From the NCBI RefSeq assembly GCF_004010195.1, contig NC_057719.1, forward strand, positions 66,113,049 through 66,177,048: 64,000 nucleotides of DNA, written 5' to 3'. Both the position numbers and the translations under genes were made by a program. How positions within the stretch are numbered: the stretch's first letter is position 1; every line of letters begins with the position of its first letter. This document shows, one piece after another, positions 27,501-42,500 of the stretch. The notes under the pieces were generated by a model. The model was not told where the DNA came from. It searched no databases and worked only from the letters and a program-made list of their open reading frames with translations. Origin of the DNA: Chiloscyllium plagiosum. Taxonomy: Eukaryota.

Positions 27501-30500
27501 AAGAATCCTGTCTTTAATCCTATATTCAGCATTTGAGTTCAACCTTCCAAAATGCAACACTTCGCATTTATACAGGTTGAACTCTATCTGTCATTTCTCA
27601 GCCCAGCTCTGCATCTTGTCTATGTCGTGCTGCAGCCTGCAATAGCCCTCTATACTCTCGACAGCACTCCAACCTCTGTGTCATCTGCAAATTTACTAAC
27701 CCACCCCTCAACCTCCTCATCCAAGTCATTTATAAAAACTATAAAGAGCAAAGGCCCAAGAACAGAGCCCTGCGGGACCCACTCAACACTGACCTCTAGG
27801 CATCTACAACCACTCTCTGCCTTCTGTCAGCCAACCAATTCTAAATCCAGATAGCTGAATCACCCTGTATCCCATATGTCCTGACTTTATGAATTCATTT
27901 GGATAGGTAGAGTGCAATTTTGGAGAGATAAGGTACCCCTTTGAATGCGGTGACCTTTGGGGGAGACCTGATGACTTTTGAGAGCGGTAAGTTGCCCTTG
28001 AGAAAGGTCAGGTGATGCTTGGGATTGCTAAAAGTGCCATGAATGTGTTAGAACTGAGAGGTTCATTGGAATGCTAGACAGATCTGTGAAGAAGAAATAT
28101 ACAACTGTCAAATGTGTAAAAAAAGCCTGTTAAAAGGAACTGCCAAGCTGTCAAGACATTAAAAAGAACTGCCATATAATATTTGAAAATTTAAAAAGTG
28201 TGAACTGTTAAAAACAAAATCACTGCTTGCTAATTCATTCTGTCTGTTGACATAAGTCTGAGGATTACCTTCACTGGATTAGTTATGCATACCTGAAAGG
28301 AGTCTGCAATTTCACTTCTTCTAGTTTAACTTAACTTCTGTGGTTGTACAATCTTTGAAGGGGGACAATGAATTCAATGTTTGTTTTTTTATCAGACAGT
28401 ATGCACCTAAAGGTATGTAAATGCGTTTATTTTTAATAAGAGGTTTTACTTCTAACACAGCAGTCTGCATTAGAGACTTAAAATTTTATTTAATCTCTGA
28501 GCATGTCCTGCGGTCTACCCAAGGCATTTGCTGGGGTTTAATGGCATGGTAGGGTACAGGATAGTATGCACAGTACATGGATTGGCATGAATCAGCAGTT
28601 AATTAGCACAGGGAGCATTAAGACCCTGAAGGGTGAGCAAAAAATCACCAATTAGCATAAAACGCACAGCAAATTACTTGGCTTGGGCACAGGGGCATGG
28701 ATTTGCATGGAAAATGTGATGGGTTTGGATATATGGGATGAGATGGCATGAGTGTTTTTGGGGATGAAGTTGTGTGAGGGGCAAAGGCTGGACGAGCCCT
28801 TATTTTTAAATAGAGACCGCTTAATCTGGATTTTCCAAAAGGGGGTACATCCTCCCCACATCCACCTTGTCAAGACTCCTCAGAATCTTATGTGTTTCAA
28901 TAAAGTCACCTCTTAACTCTGCTAAACTCTAGTGGACACATGCCTAACCTTCCCAACATTTCCTCAGAAGACAACTCCTCCTTTTCCAGATATTTGACTC
29001 GACACCCTTCTCTGAACTGCTTCCAAAGCATTCACATTCTTCCTTAAATAAAGATACCGATGCTGTACACAGTACTCCAGATGTGGTCCCACCAACATTC
29101 TTTATAACTGAAGCACACCTTTCTACTTTGAACTGAATTTCCCTCATAGTAAACAACAACATTCTATCAGCATTCATAATGACTTGCTGTACCTGCATAC
29201 TAACCTTCTTTGTATTTAGATAACATGTATTTTCGTATTATTCCTGCCAAAACTGCCAATTTCAAATTTCCCCAAAAAGATATATGGAGGCTACAAAAGG
29301 ATGTAGATAAATTAAGCGAGTGGGAAAAGATCTGCCAAATGAAGTATAATTTGGGGAAATTTGAAATTGGCAAAATAATTCAAAACTACTTTGAATTTTT
29401 CTCAGTGTCCTGCTATAATGTCTTTAGGAATAGCATCTTCCCTTTGGTAGATGTCAAGTTAACCTGCCTATAAATTCCTGCTCGCTGTTCCATCTTTTTG
29501 TTGAATTAGAAGGGTTGTATTCAATATTTCTAATCTAACAGAACTTTCCCTAAGTCAAGGAAATTTTGGAAAATTAAAACCAATATTAAAAACAAACTCA
29601 CTATCCACTTTTTAAAAAACTTTACAATGAACTCCAATAGCATCTGCGCACTTGTCATGCTACAACTCCAATCATTTACTTAGTATCACTTTTCTGGTAA
29701 TTATAATTTTATTGAGTTCCTCTCTCCCTTCCAATTTCTGATTTACAGCTATTTCTGAGGTACGATTTTTAGTCCTTACAATGAATACCTTTCAAAATAC
29801 CTACTCAAGTCATTTGCCATCTCCTTAGTTTTCCTTATTAATTCCCCAGACTCACTTCCTATAGGGTCAATGCTCATTATAACTCATTCCTTTGTATGTA
29901 TCTATGGAAACCTTTTCTATCTGTTTTCATATTTCTAGATAGCTTTCTCTCATGTGAATTTCCCACCCCATGAATCTCATTTATTCTTAGCTTTTTTTAA
30001 AATGCTCTGTCTAATATTCTGGCATGCCACCCATCCTTGCATAATTATATATGTTATAAATTGATCCACTTGTTAATTTTATTTTTAGACTACCATGGGT
30101 TGTGGATCCTCTCCTTAGAATTCTTTTCTTGTTAGTGTACATCTACTCTGTAGATTCTGAAATATTTCCTTAAATGTCAGCTATCACATCTCTGTTGATC
30201 AATTCTTAACCTTGCAGTTACCCTTACCAAGACTTAGCTTTATATCTAGACTTATTCATCGAATCCAAATTCTACTTCTACCACAAGTGGGATTTGAACC
30301 CATGTCCCACAGCATTAGTCTCAGCTGGGATTACTAGCCCAGTGGCATCACTGCTAAACCTTTAGCACATATTCACTTCTCTAATGTAATTTGCCATAGG
30401 GCAAATAGGATGTTGCTCAGTAAATAATCCAACAATTGTTACCTTTGAAATTCTGCTTCTTAATTTGATTCCTAGTTCCTCATACTCACTATACAGAGTA

Positions 30501-33500
30501 TCTTCCCTTAATCTGTATATGCTGTTGCTAGCTTCATTGACAATGTCAACTGGATTCACCCCCTCCCAATGTAGATTCCTCTCCCGCTCTAAGCAGATAA
30601 CCAGGCCGACAACACAGCCGACTGCTCGATCACTCCTTGCTGCAGAGAAAACTGTCTATTTCCCTTACTATACTGCCCCCGACTACCACTACATTCCTTT
30701 TTTGCTTGCCCGCTTGAATTGCTTCTTGTACCATGGTCAGTTAGATCATCCACTTGTAGCTCTCAATCTCATACAAAGAAGTTAAAAAAAAACCTCAAAT
30801 CTGTTAAACAATTGGAAAAGCTGAGGCTCCTGCCCACTGGGTCTCCTTAACTGCCTCACTCACAATCACTTAGCCCCTTCCCTGACCAGTGACTGAATCC
30901 AACACTGTCATCTGCACGTTTCTCTCTAAACCACACGTTTGCACATTTTCCCTGTATCTGCATGGATTTTCTCCGAGTGCTCCGGTTTCCTCCCACAATC
31001 CAAAGATGTGTAGGTTAGGTGAACTGGCAATGCTAAATTGCCCATAGTGTTCAGGGATGTGTAGGTTAGGTGCATTTGTTAGGGGTAAATGTAGAGTAAT
31101 AGGGTAGGGGAATGAGTCTGAGTGGGTTACTCTTCAGAGGGTCGGTGTGGACTTGTTGGGCCAAATGGCAGTTTCCACACTGTTGGGATTTTATGGATTC
31201 TTTGGATAATTCTCACTTAGAACTATCAATGTGTCATCAGTGTCATTGGGTTTAAATCCTGGAACTCCCTCTCTAATACTGTGGGTGCACCGAAACCCAA
31301 CAGAGTGCAATTACTCACAAAGGTGATAACGTATGTATATATTTTCATTTTAAGATTAGGATTTTTAAAATAGCAGCAGAGAGATTTTAGTTTCAGTTCT
31401 GTGAAAGTAGTATTTTTTTAAAAAAAAAAGTTGTTTGCACAGTAACCTGAACATTTAATCTCTGATAAACATGCAATTTAGTCAAGTGCCTAGCAGGATA
31501 CCTGTGGGTTAATTGAAAAAGTTTTGTATGGGCGGAGCTTATGACATACAGAAAAGAAAAGGTATTCTTGCGCTATTAATTTAGTCAAAAATTTAGTTCA
31601 GTACAATCAGGAATTAGTTCAGAAGAAAAACTTCCTCCTATCAGAACAGCAAAGGTATCATTCAGAACAGTCACTTTAACAGAAGTATTTTAGTTTGTGA
31701 AGTCTCTCAAGATTATTTAGTTTTCAAGTTGTCAGAACTAACAACAGGTTTAGAACAGCCTCAGAACGGAAAGGAAGTTCAGGCCGGCAGAATTGGAAAA
31801 AAAACATTGCAAAATTGCCTCTGTCTTCCCAGAGGGAAAACTGGACTTAGTCAGTTAAGTAAGGAGTTAGCATTGAAATATGAGGAATACTCTCTTGGAT
31901 TTGAGACTTTATACTGAGATTTCTCTGAAGCAGGTTGAAACGTTGCTTTGTTAATTATATTAAGATCTTTCAAAACTGTCATAGCTATATATGTGTATTT
32001 ATAGTTTTTGTGGAATAAATCTAAGTTCTTTTTGTTAAAGAATACATATCATTAACTGACCACCATGATCACCAACTACAAAAAATACATTTATGTCCTA
32101 TCAAGCCAGATTTCATACTGGGATCTGACTTGTTCAGTATTAGCATCAGCTGAGATTGTAGCAATCTTCTCTTGGCAAGTAGCGAGGAGCAACAAATGTT
32201 GGCTTTGTCAGTGACGCCCACATCCCATGAACAAAAGAAACATCAGAGCTACCCAATTACCATGGACCAGAAACTTAATGGGACCAGCTAAAATACTAAC
32301 TACAAGTGCAGCCCAGTATTTCGACAATTTGCATTGGAATGTTCTTTTTGAACTTGTTCCCAGTGCTCTTTCAGATTTTAATATATAGCAAATGGATACT
32401 CTCCACCGGGAAGATCTGCAATGTTATGCACATTGAAAGTAGAGTGAGGAGACCTCTTAAAGGGCGGTAGGTGCTCAGTGTTTCAGAGGACAATGCTTGA
32501 ACTAGCTTTTTTGTATTGATGCATACTCAGAATTACTTTGCATCGCTGTGGAAGTACACACATTCTAAAAGATTGAATTCAAAACCTCCAGGTTACTAGA
32601 ACTTGCCTGTTGACTGGTTCTGGATTCTCGAGAGGAAACAACATTTACCTTATAACACTATTATAATGGGAATGCCATGGAGTAAGTGCCATGGATCCAA
32701 TCATTTTTATTATTCTTTCTTGGGATGTGGGCACCATTGGCAATGCCAGCATTCAGTACTCAACCTGAACTGTGCTTGCACCATGTGATTTACTTATTTC
32801 GGGGCCAGTTAAGAATCATGACATCGCTATGTGTCTGGAATCACATGGTGGCCAGATTGGATAAGAAAGTTAGATTTTATTTGTTAAAGGGAACCTAATG
32901 AGTTGTTAAGTCAATTCATAGTCACTGTTACTGAGATTAGCTTTCTCAATTCCAGACTTTTCATGAATTTAATTATTTAAATTCCTGCCACAATAAGGTT
33001 GAAAACCAAGCACCCAGCATGTCAGTCTGGATCTCTGGATTACTGACACCACCACTATGCCAACACTTATCCTTTCATGTCACCTGTTCTTGGGGAGGTG
33101 AACGGAACTCTTTAGTCTTCTTGGCAGTCAAAGCTGCAGACATGTTGAAGGCCAACATTAGTTCATCATATCGAAACTTCTGGTTCCTTTGTAGCCTTGC
33201 AACAAATTTGTCTGCGAAAGAAACAATGGCTTCAACTCGATGTCGCAGTTCACAGTCACAGAAGTAGTGCAGTAGTTCACACATCTGAAAAACAAAACAC
33301 ATGACCTATTTGTCTAAAAGACCAATTGGTGGAAACAACAAATACATTTTTGAAGAAACAAACACACACACACATTTCTGTGAGCTTCTCAAGTATCTGC
33401 TTAATGTTAAACAAAACCAAAAATTTGTTCCGTATCTACTTTTAAGTTTTGCAAAACTAAACAGTTTGTCCTAGGAGCAGAAAGAATGTGTTGATGTTAA

Positions 33501-36500
33501 ATGGTATATTAAGGTCATGCACATGAAGGACATTCTCTCAGGAGATGATGTATCGAGCAATGCCGCTGGAGCCTTTTGCTTCTGCAAGGACAACCTATAG
33601 TGTCATAGTTAGAGGGGACCCCAGACAAAGTCTTTCACAATGGTTCAACATTGAAGGGAGACTGTGTGTCTCATTGACTGCAAGGGGGCGAACAAGAAGT
33701 AGCAGCAAGATGGCCTGCCTCATTGGGCTCAAAATGTCACTAAAACCTGACCACCAAACCAACAAGGTCATGAGGACAATGATAGTGTCACAAGGGCCCC
33801 ACATTCATAAAGTCACACACTTTCTGAAGTCCACTTGCCAAGTTCTGTGATGATAGACAATTGATGACAGGGACAGGACTATGAACCGAAGGTTTTAGTC
33901 AAGAATCTGAACAGAGCCTTTATCCCAAGTGAATCTATAGGATAGCTAGACAAACAACCCATTTGTAACAAATCTCAAACATGCCTGATACAAGTGACGT
34001 ACATTCACACAGAGACCAGGACTCAGGCCTTACATTCCAAAAATTGGTTGATCAAATCAAACAACATGTTTCTCTGGCTGTTTGAAACAGACAGAATCCA
34101 GACTCAATGAACCAGTGACTGCAAAACCCAAAACAAAACATCTAGGGCTTTGGTGCAATTCCTCAATTAGATGGCATTTGCTGAACAATTCTGAATGTTC
34201 TAATAAGTATACTAATAACCCTTTATGATAATGAATGGAGCTGGTAAGCATTGCACAGCATTCACAGGAGTTCATTCTCTGCAAACAAAAGGAACATGTT
34301 CAAGCCTTGGACCCTTTGCCAATTTTATGATAAATGCTATTCTTGCCTTTCCCGTACGATTCGCTGTCATAAAAACATAGAAAGTAGGAGAAATAGGCTA
34401 TTTGGGCTTTCAAGCCAACTCTACCTCATTCATTATGCTCATGGCTGATCATCCTACTCAGAACCCTATTCCCATTTTCTGTCCATGTCCCTTTAGCCAT
34501 AAGGACTACATCTAACTCCCTCTTGAATGCATTCAATGTTTTGCTGTACAACTGCTTTTTGTGGCAGAGAATTGCATAGGTTCACCACTCTCTAGATGAT
34601 GAGATTTCTCCTCATTCCAGCCCTAAATGGCCGACCCCACATCCTTCGATTGTGAGTCCTGGATCTGAACTGCCCAGTCATCGAGCATATCTTTGCTGCC
34701 TCTACATGGTCTAATCTTGATTGTATCTCATAAGTTTCTATGAGAAACCCCCTCATTCTTCTAAACTCCAAAGGGAATACGCTTCTAGCAAATCCAGGCT
34801 CTCTTCGAATGCCATCCCAGGAATCAGTCTGGAAAATCTTTGTTGTATTCCTTCCATAGCCAGGACATCCTTCCTCGGATAAAGAAACCAAAACTGCACA
34901 CAATACTCCAGAGGTGGTCTCACCAAGGCCCTGTACAATAGCAGGCGAGACATCCCTGCCCCTGTACTTGAATCCTCTCATGGGAAAGCCAACATACCAT
35001 TTGCCTTCTTTGCCATCTCCTACATCTACATGCTTATTGTTATTAACTTGTAAATGAGGATACCCAGGTCTCATTGCACCTCTCCCTTTCGCAAACTATG
35101 ACCATTAAGATAATAACCTGCCTACTTGTTTTTGCTACCAAAGTAGATAATCTCATGTTTATCCACATTATACTTCATCTGCCATTCATTTACCCACTCA
35201 CTCAGTTTACCAAATCACAACTAAGCAGCTCTTCATCCTCCTGAAAGGTCACCTTCCTGCCCAGCTTTGTGTTATTTGAAACTTGGAGATATTATATTCA
35301 GCTCCCTCATCATAATCATGAATATATTACGAATAGCTAGAGTCCAAACACTGATCCCTGCGACAGCCCATTAATCACTATCTGCCACTCAACAATAACC
35401 CATTTATTCCCACTCTGTTTCTTATCTGCCAACTAATTCTCTATCCATGTCAGCACACATTTGTAAGGAGATCTCAGTTATCTGTAAGAATAATAGGGTG
35501 ATAATAGTAGGTGATTTTAACTTTCCAAACATACATGGAGGAATGCCATAGTGTAAAAGGTTTAGATGGAGAGGAATTTGTTAAGTGTGTACAAACATTT
35601 TCTGATTCAGTATGTTGATGTACCTACTAGAAAAGGTGCAAAACTTGGCCTACTCTTGGGAAATAAGGCAGGTGACTGAGGCGTCAGTGGGGGAACATAT
35701 TGGGTCCAGTGACCATAATTCTATTAGTTTGGAAGGCCAATTTTGATGGCATTAGGCAAGAACTTTCAAAAACTGATTACAGGTGGATGTTCGCAGGTAA
35801 AGCAACAGCTCAAAATTGGGAAGCCTTCAAAACTGAGATAACAAGAGTTCAGAGACAGTATGTTCCTGTTAGGGTGAAAGGCAAGGCTGGTAGGTGTAAG
35901 TTTCTCTAGTCATCCAGCATACCTGAGGTTTTGGTTAAGAAAAACAAGGAAGCATATGTCAGGTACAGACAGCAGGGAATGAGTGAATCCTTAGAAGAGT
36001 ATAAAGGCAGTAAGAGTGTACTTAACTGGGAAATCAGGAGGGCAATGAAAGGACATGAGATAGCTTTGGCAAATCAGGTGAAGGAGAATCCAAAGGGATT
36101 TTATAAATACATTAAGGACAAAAGGGTAATTAGGAAGAGAATAGAACCCCTCAAAGATCAGCAAGGCAACCTATGTATGGAACCACAGGAAATGGGGGAG
36201 ATACTAAACAATTATTTTGCATCAGTGTTCATTGTGGAGAAGGACTAGAACATGCAGATTGTGGGCAAATAGATGGTGACATCTTGAAAAATGTCCATAT
36301 TGTAGAGCAAATGGTGCTGGATGTCTTAAGATGCATAAAGGTGGATAAATCCCCAGGACCTGATCAGGTGTACCCCTGTGGGAAGCTAGGGAAGTGATTG
36401 CTGGGCCCCTTGCTGAGATATTTGTATCATCAATAGTCAACAGGAGGTTGGCTAACATGGTCCCAATATTTAAGAAAGGTGGTAAGGAAAAGCCATGGAA

Positions 36501-39500
36501 CTGTAGACCGGTGAGCCTGACATTGGTGGTGGGCAAGTTGTTGGAGGGAATCCTGAGGGACAGGATTTACATGTGTTTGGAAAGGCAAGGACTGATTAGG
36601 GATAGTCAACATGGCTTTGTGCATGGGAAAGCATGTCTCACTAACTCGATTGAGTTTTTTGAAGAAGTAACGCAGAGGATTGATGAGGGCAGAGCGATGC
36701 ACATGAGCTTAAGCAAGGCATTTGATGAGGTTTCTCTTGGTAGACTGGTTAGCAAAGTTAGATCACATGGAATACAGGGAAAACTAGGTATTTGGATGCA
36801 GAACTGGCTCAAAGTTGGAAGACAGAGGGTGGTAGTGGTGATGGGCTGCTTTTCAGACTGGAGGCCTGTGACCTGTATTATGCCACAAGGATCGGTGCTG
36901 GGTCCACTGATTTTCCTCATTCATATAAATGATTTGGATGTGAACATAGGAGGTATAGTTAGTAAGTTTGCTGGTGACACCAAAATTGAAGGTGTAGTGG
37001 ATAGCAAATAAAGTTACCTCAGAGTACAATGAGATCTCGATCAGATGGGCCAATAGGCCGAGCAGTAGCAGATGAAGTTTAATTTAGATTAATGTGAGAT
37101 GCTGCATTTTAGTAGGACAAATCAAGGCAGGACTTATACACTTAATGATAAGGTCCTGGGGAGTGTTGCTGAACAAAGAGACCTTGAGGTGTAGGTTCAT
37201 AGTTCCTTGAAAGTGGAGTCACAGGTAGATTGGATAGTGAAGAAGGCATTTGGTATGCTTTCCTTTATTGGTCAGAGCATTGAGTATAAGAGTTGGGAGG
37301 TCATGTTGTGGCTGTACAGGACAATGGTTAGGTCACTTGGAATAATGTGTGCAGTTCTGGTCTTCCTCCTATAGGAAGGATGTTGTGAAACTTGAAAAGG
37401 TTCAGAAAAGATTTACAAGGATGCCAGGGTTGGAGGGTTTGACCTACAGGGAGAGGCAGAATAGGTTGGGGCTGTTTTACTTGGAGTGTTGGAGGCTGAG
37501 GGATGAATTTATAGATCTTTATAAAATTATGAGAAGCATGGATAGGGTTAATAGACAAAGTCTTTTCCCTAGGGTGGGGGAATCCATAACTGGAGGGCGT
37601 AGGTTTAGGGGGAGAGGGAAAAGATATAAAAGGAACCCAAGGAGCAACTTTTTCACGCAGAGGGTGGTGCACTTATGGAATGCCAGAGGAACTGGTGGAA
37701 GCTGCTGCAATAACAGCATTTAAAGACATCTGGATGGGTAAATGAATAGGAAGGGTTTAGAGGTATATGGGCCAAGTGCTGACAAATAGGACTATATTAA
37801 TTTAGGATATTTGGTCAGCACGAACAAGTTGGACCAAAGGGTCTGTTTCCGTGCTGTACAGCTCTATGACTCTATGACTGCCAATCCCATATTCTTTAAT
37901 TTTACATTCCAATCCCTCAGGTGGGTCCTTATCAAAAACCTTCTGAATAGTCAAATAAACCACATCCGCTAGCTTCCCCTATCAGCTCAACTAGTTAGAT
38001 CCTTGAAAACTTCCAGTAGATTTACCAAGCATGATTTCCCTTTGAAAATCCACACCTGCCCAATCCTCTCTCTGTTTTCCAAGTGCATTGCACTAATGTG
38101 TGCATTCTGCAACAAATTACTTTCTATATTACCTGTCTTCATAAATGATAAATTTACTAATTAATTACAATTGGTTTGTGAATAAATTTTGCACCAAACT
38201 TAAACAACTTACAAGACCACCTCCTTTTTTATTTGTATTGGTATGTGATATATTTTTGAAAAGTCCAGTTATATTTTCTGAGTTAATCAATCTTCGGACA
38301 ATCTTGTTCAACTGCCTCTTCTTGTTCAACCAATTTTGGTTGAAGACTAGTTTACCTGCTTATTTAATCAATGTAAGAGAATCTTCACTGCATTAAATGC
38401 CACTAAATTTCTAAATTTATTCAAGTAATCCAATTATTATCAAATAACCATTACTTTCACTTAATTAATAACTTTGGTACCAACAGAGTTCCCTTAAATA
38501 GCCATTTTATTTAACTATATTTTTCAGGGAAGGCCACGGCAGCAAGTATAAATATACTTTTATTGTGGACATATGTCTGTTCCCTAACTTCCCATCAATA
38601 TGGCAGGATCTGTTCTAATAAATGATTAATTATGCAGTTACATAAAATTTCCACATGGTGGAGAAAATGACATTGAACTGGATCGTTACATGGTTTTGTA
38701 CCTGAAGTTTCACAGACTCTGGCAAGCTTTTTTCCAGTAATCCTTTTAAACAAGACTGAGTGGCTTGTGTTGTTTCTTCACCGGCCTCCACAGCCTTCTC
38801 TTCATTTCTGGTGGCCATTTCCTTTTCCGTTTTGTTCTCATCTGTTGTCTTTTCTTGGTGTTCACCAAACAAGTCAGAGTCAATCAGAACCAGGATCCTT
38901 TTGACGTCATTGTCGTCAAACATGCCAGTGATCAGCATGGTTTTAACCAACTTCAGGATGGGAACAAGTTGAAACTCGACGCTGCCCCCAACTGGATCTC
39001 TAATGTGTGGCCCACCACCTGTGACAGCTTCGGTGAGCATTTCAATTGCTTTCACCTTCAGAATTTCAAATGGTAGCTTTGGACTATATTGTTGCTTATT
39101 CTCACTGGTGTTAACGAAACATGGTGCTGAGAAATTTAATCGGGGTCTTAAGCAGGTGCTGAGCCCTACTCCGGGATGTCCGTAGGTCGGACTTTTATCT
39201 GGAAACAACGTTATGCTTCTCGTTTCATCGGTTACGGGAATTATGAATTCATTGTTCATAATTAATCTGGCTTGTTTTGCTGACTCTAGGTGAATACTCA
39301 AGAGGAGGTCATAGAATCCACCACGCAGAAGTCCTGGTAGATATTTGTTCTCAATTGTGAACAGAAGCTGAGATTGATCAATGTGACTGCAAAGGGCATG
39401 GGCGACACGATTATTACCCACAGCACAGAGAGCACAGTACAGTTTGAGAGTGTGGTAATGGAACTTCATGAGCTCTTGATTTTCAGCTAATTCTAGAATA

Positions 39501-42500
39501 TCTATACACCTGTAAAGTTCAAACAAGATAATAAATTAAAATTTCACTGAGATACATTTTCGAAACCTGCCCCGAAGGAATAAAACTAAATTCAACTATC
39601 CCAAATGGTTGCAATGGATTCTAGTAATTAATTGCCAAATTACCAAAAATAAGGCATCACAAGCTCTTTTGAAGTAAATTGCCACGATAGTTCTTGGAAA
39701 TATTTAGTTATGGTGTTGAGGGCTTGTGATATTGTAGCATGGATATCTCCTAAAATAATACAAAGACCTGCAGATGCTGAAAATCTAGAACAAAAACAGA
39801 AATTGCTAGAGATACTCTGTAGGTCTGGCAGCATCTATGGAGAGAAAGCAGAGTTAACATCTCGAGTTTGCTCCAGTTCTGAAGAAGGGTTAGAATCATA
39901 GATCGGTTACTGGACTTGAAACGTTAACTCTGTTTTCTCTCCACAGTTGCTGTCAGACCTGCTGAATTTCTCCAGGAATTCCTTTTATCTTGGGAATCGC
40001 CCTGTTGTACTTAAATCAGCTTTCTTCATAGTTGTGGAATTGATGATGCTTCCGGATATGAAATAACCACTTCTGAAACTTATGAATCTTCACTTTCATG
40101 GCAAGTCAATAAAGATAATTGTTGTACACCGACAATGATTATTTGAAAAAGTCCTTGGTTAAAAATTCAAAACTATTTTACAGGATACCAGCTTTAACTT
40201 ACAAGGATATTTCATTAAAACAGCTAAGTTCATTGTTTCAGCAAGCTAGTAAAGATGCTTCAAAATTAATTGAAACTGGTATAGTAGGGGCTAGTCAATA
40301 AGAAACAAAGTAATTCAGGTTCATTATTTTAAAAGGGTAAAGTTTATTTATAAATTTACTATGAGAATTTCTATATTTTTGAACATGGAATTTTTACTTT
40401 ACGCATATTAAATAAAGATATGACATCGGTCATTGCTTACTGATAGTATCGCTAGACTATTAATCCAAAGATAAAACAAAGAGCTGCAGATGCTGGAGAT
40501 CTGCTATCAGTTCTGAAGGAGGATCACTGGATTTGAAAAACTAACTTCTTTGTCTACACAGATGCAGCCAGACCTGTTGAGTTTCTCCAGTAATTTCTGT
40601 CTTTGTAGATTAATTTAGGAAATCAGGTTAACTTTCTGGAGACCTGGATATGAATCCCACCATGGCATATGGTGAAATTTGAATTCAATACAAATCTGGA
40701 ATTAAGAATTTAACGATGACTGCGAAACTGCTGTCAATTGTCAGTAGAACCATTCTGGTACAGTAATATCCTTTCGGCAAGGAAACTCCCGTTCTTACCC
40801 AGTCTGGGGCAGCACGGTGGCTCAGTGGTTAGCACTGCTGCCTCACAGTGCCAGGGACCCAGGTTCGATTCCAGCCTCGGGTGACTGTCTGACATTCTCC
40901 CCATGTCTGCATGGGTTTCCTCCCACAATCCAAAGATGTGTGTGCCAGGTGAACTGGCCATGCTAAATTGCCCATAGTGTTAGGTGCATTAGTCATGGGT
41001 AAATATAGGGTAGGGGGAATGGGTCTGGGTGGTGTGGATTTGTTGGGCCGAAGGGTCTGTTACCATACTGTAGAAATTCTAATCTGACCTGCATGTGATT
41101 CCAGACACACTGCAAAGTGATTGACTCTTGGGGATGAGCAATAAATACTGGCTAACCATGAATGTCTGAGGCCCATGAATGAACAAATGTAAATAAATAG
41201 AAATGAAAGGATCGGACTTTGGATGTTTAACTATTAGTAAGTTTATCCCTGTCAGCACACTTAAAACTGCAATGGTTATAGTAAAATATACTCTATGCTA
41301 TTTTGAAATACCTTTCTTTGAAATGAACATGTACAGATTGCAACTGATCTTTTAGATATATTGACATAATGTCTTGTTGTTTCTGGAAGCATTTTATTTG
41401 AACATTAGTCCAGATTTTGAAAAATGTACTGTAAACCTATGGCACAGTAGCATTTATATAGATGCTCACACACACTGTCCACGAGTTGAATTGGACAGAT
41501 TTATGTTAAACATCAGTTGCCTGCTATATGCAGTGAATGGCAAAATCAATCTGAAGGAACATGGACTTTAAAGCAGATATTGACCCAATTTCATGCTAAA
41601 CACAAGTTACCAATTTTCAGACATCTTTTACAGCTGATAATGTGAACAGCTGGCTGACGCTGCTGGTAGTCTCGATCACTGTTCACTTTAACTACAGGAA
41701 GGAAATGGAAAGAGGTGACTTTGGAAATATCCAAATAACTGTTTGATTAATTGAATTGGAGTTCAGATCAAGTTCTTCTCATCATAGGGTCAGCCTTGTG
41801 TATGTTCTGGCTTCAAATGCAGTACAGAATTGCACAAAATAGTTGTGTTTAATATAGCGTTATTTACACCTCTGTAATTAATGCCTCTAGTGGTGTAAAA
41901 TGGTTTGTGCTGTTTACCCAATACATCTCTCTGTGCGGACAATATAATGGAAATTCAGTAATACAATGTAGACTAACCTATTCTCCTCTGGAATATGCAA
42001 TGCCATCATCTGCAATGGTTCAAGGCTCTGCACTACCCAGCCATGGTGATCACTAATTCGCGCTGTTTCAACCTTGAGGAAGTCATTAGGCATTCTGCTC
42101 CACTGAACAGGAGTGATCATCTGAACATCAAGTCGAGGAGGACATTGTGGAATAGGATTCTTTTCTTCACTTTTAAATATAGCGGCAGACAAAGGCATGG
42201 CGTTCTGCACCAGAAGATAAATTGTAACATTAATGCACAGTGACATGAAGGTAACACAGTAGTAGTTCACATTATTTTCTACATTGTAACTTAAGGGTGG
42301 AGTTACCTACACTACTGTGATTGGAAACTAATGAACCTTTTAGTACACATTCTCAAAAAGATCAGTGTGTCATTACACTGCATTTTTAATCACATTGGCA
42401 ACATTTAAAATCTGAAAAACATAAAATGGGTCGAATTTGACTTTTATGCAAATGCTGCACCATTCCAGAGGTTCCTCGATATCATAATTTGTATATTAAT

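Noticed and set aside
26800..28850. gggcctggattttcc-type ends here and near 54272 and 62603, suggestive of Harbinger-like elements
   Set aside because: No matching opposite terminus or TSD could be found by eye.
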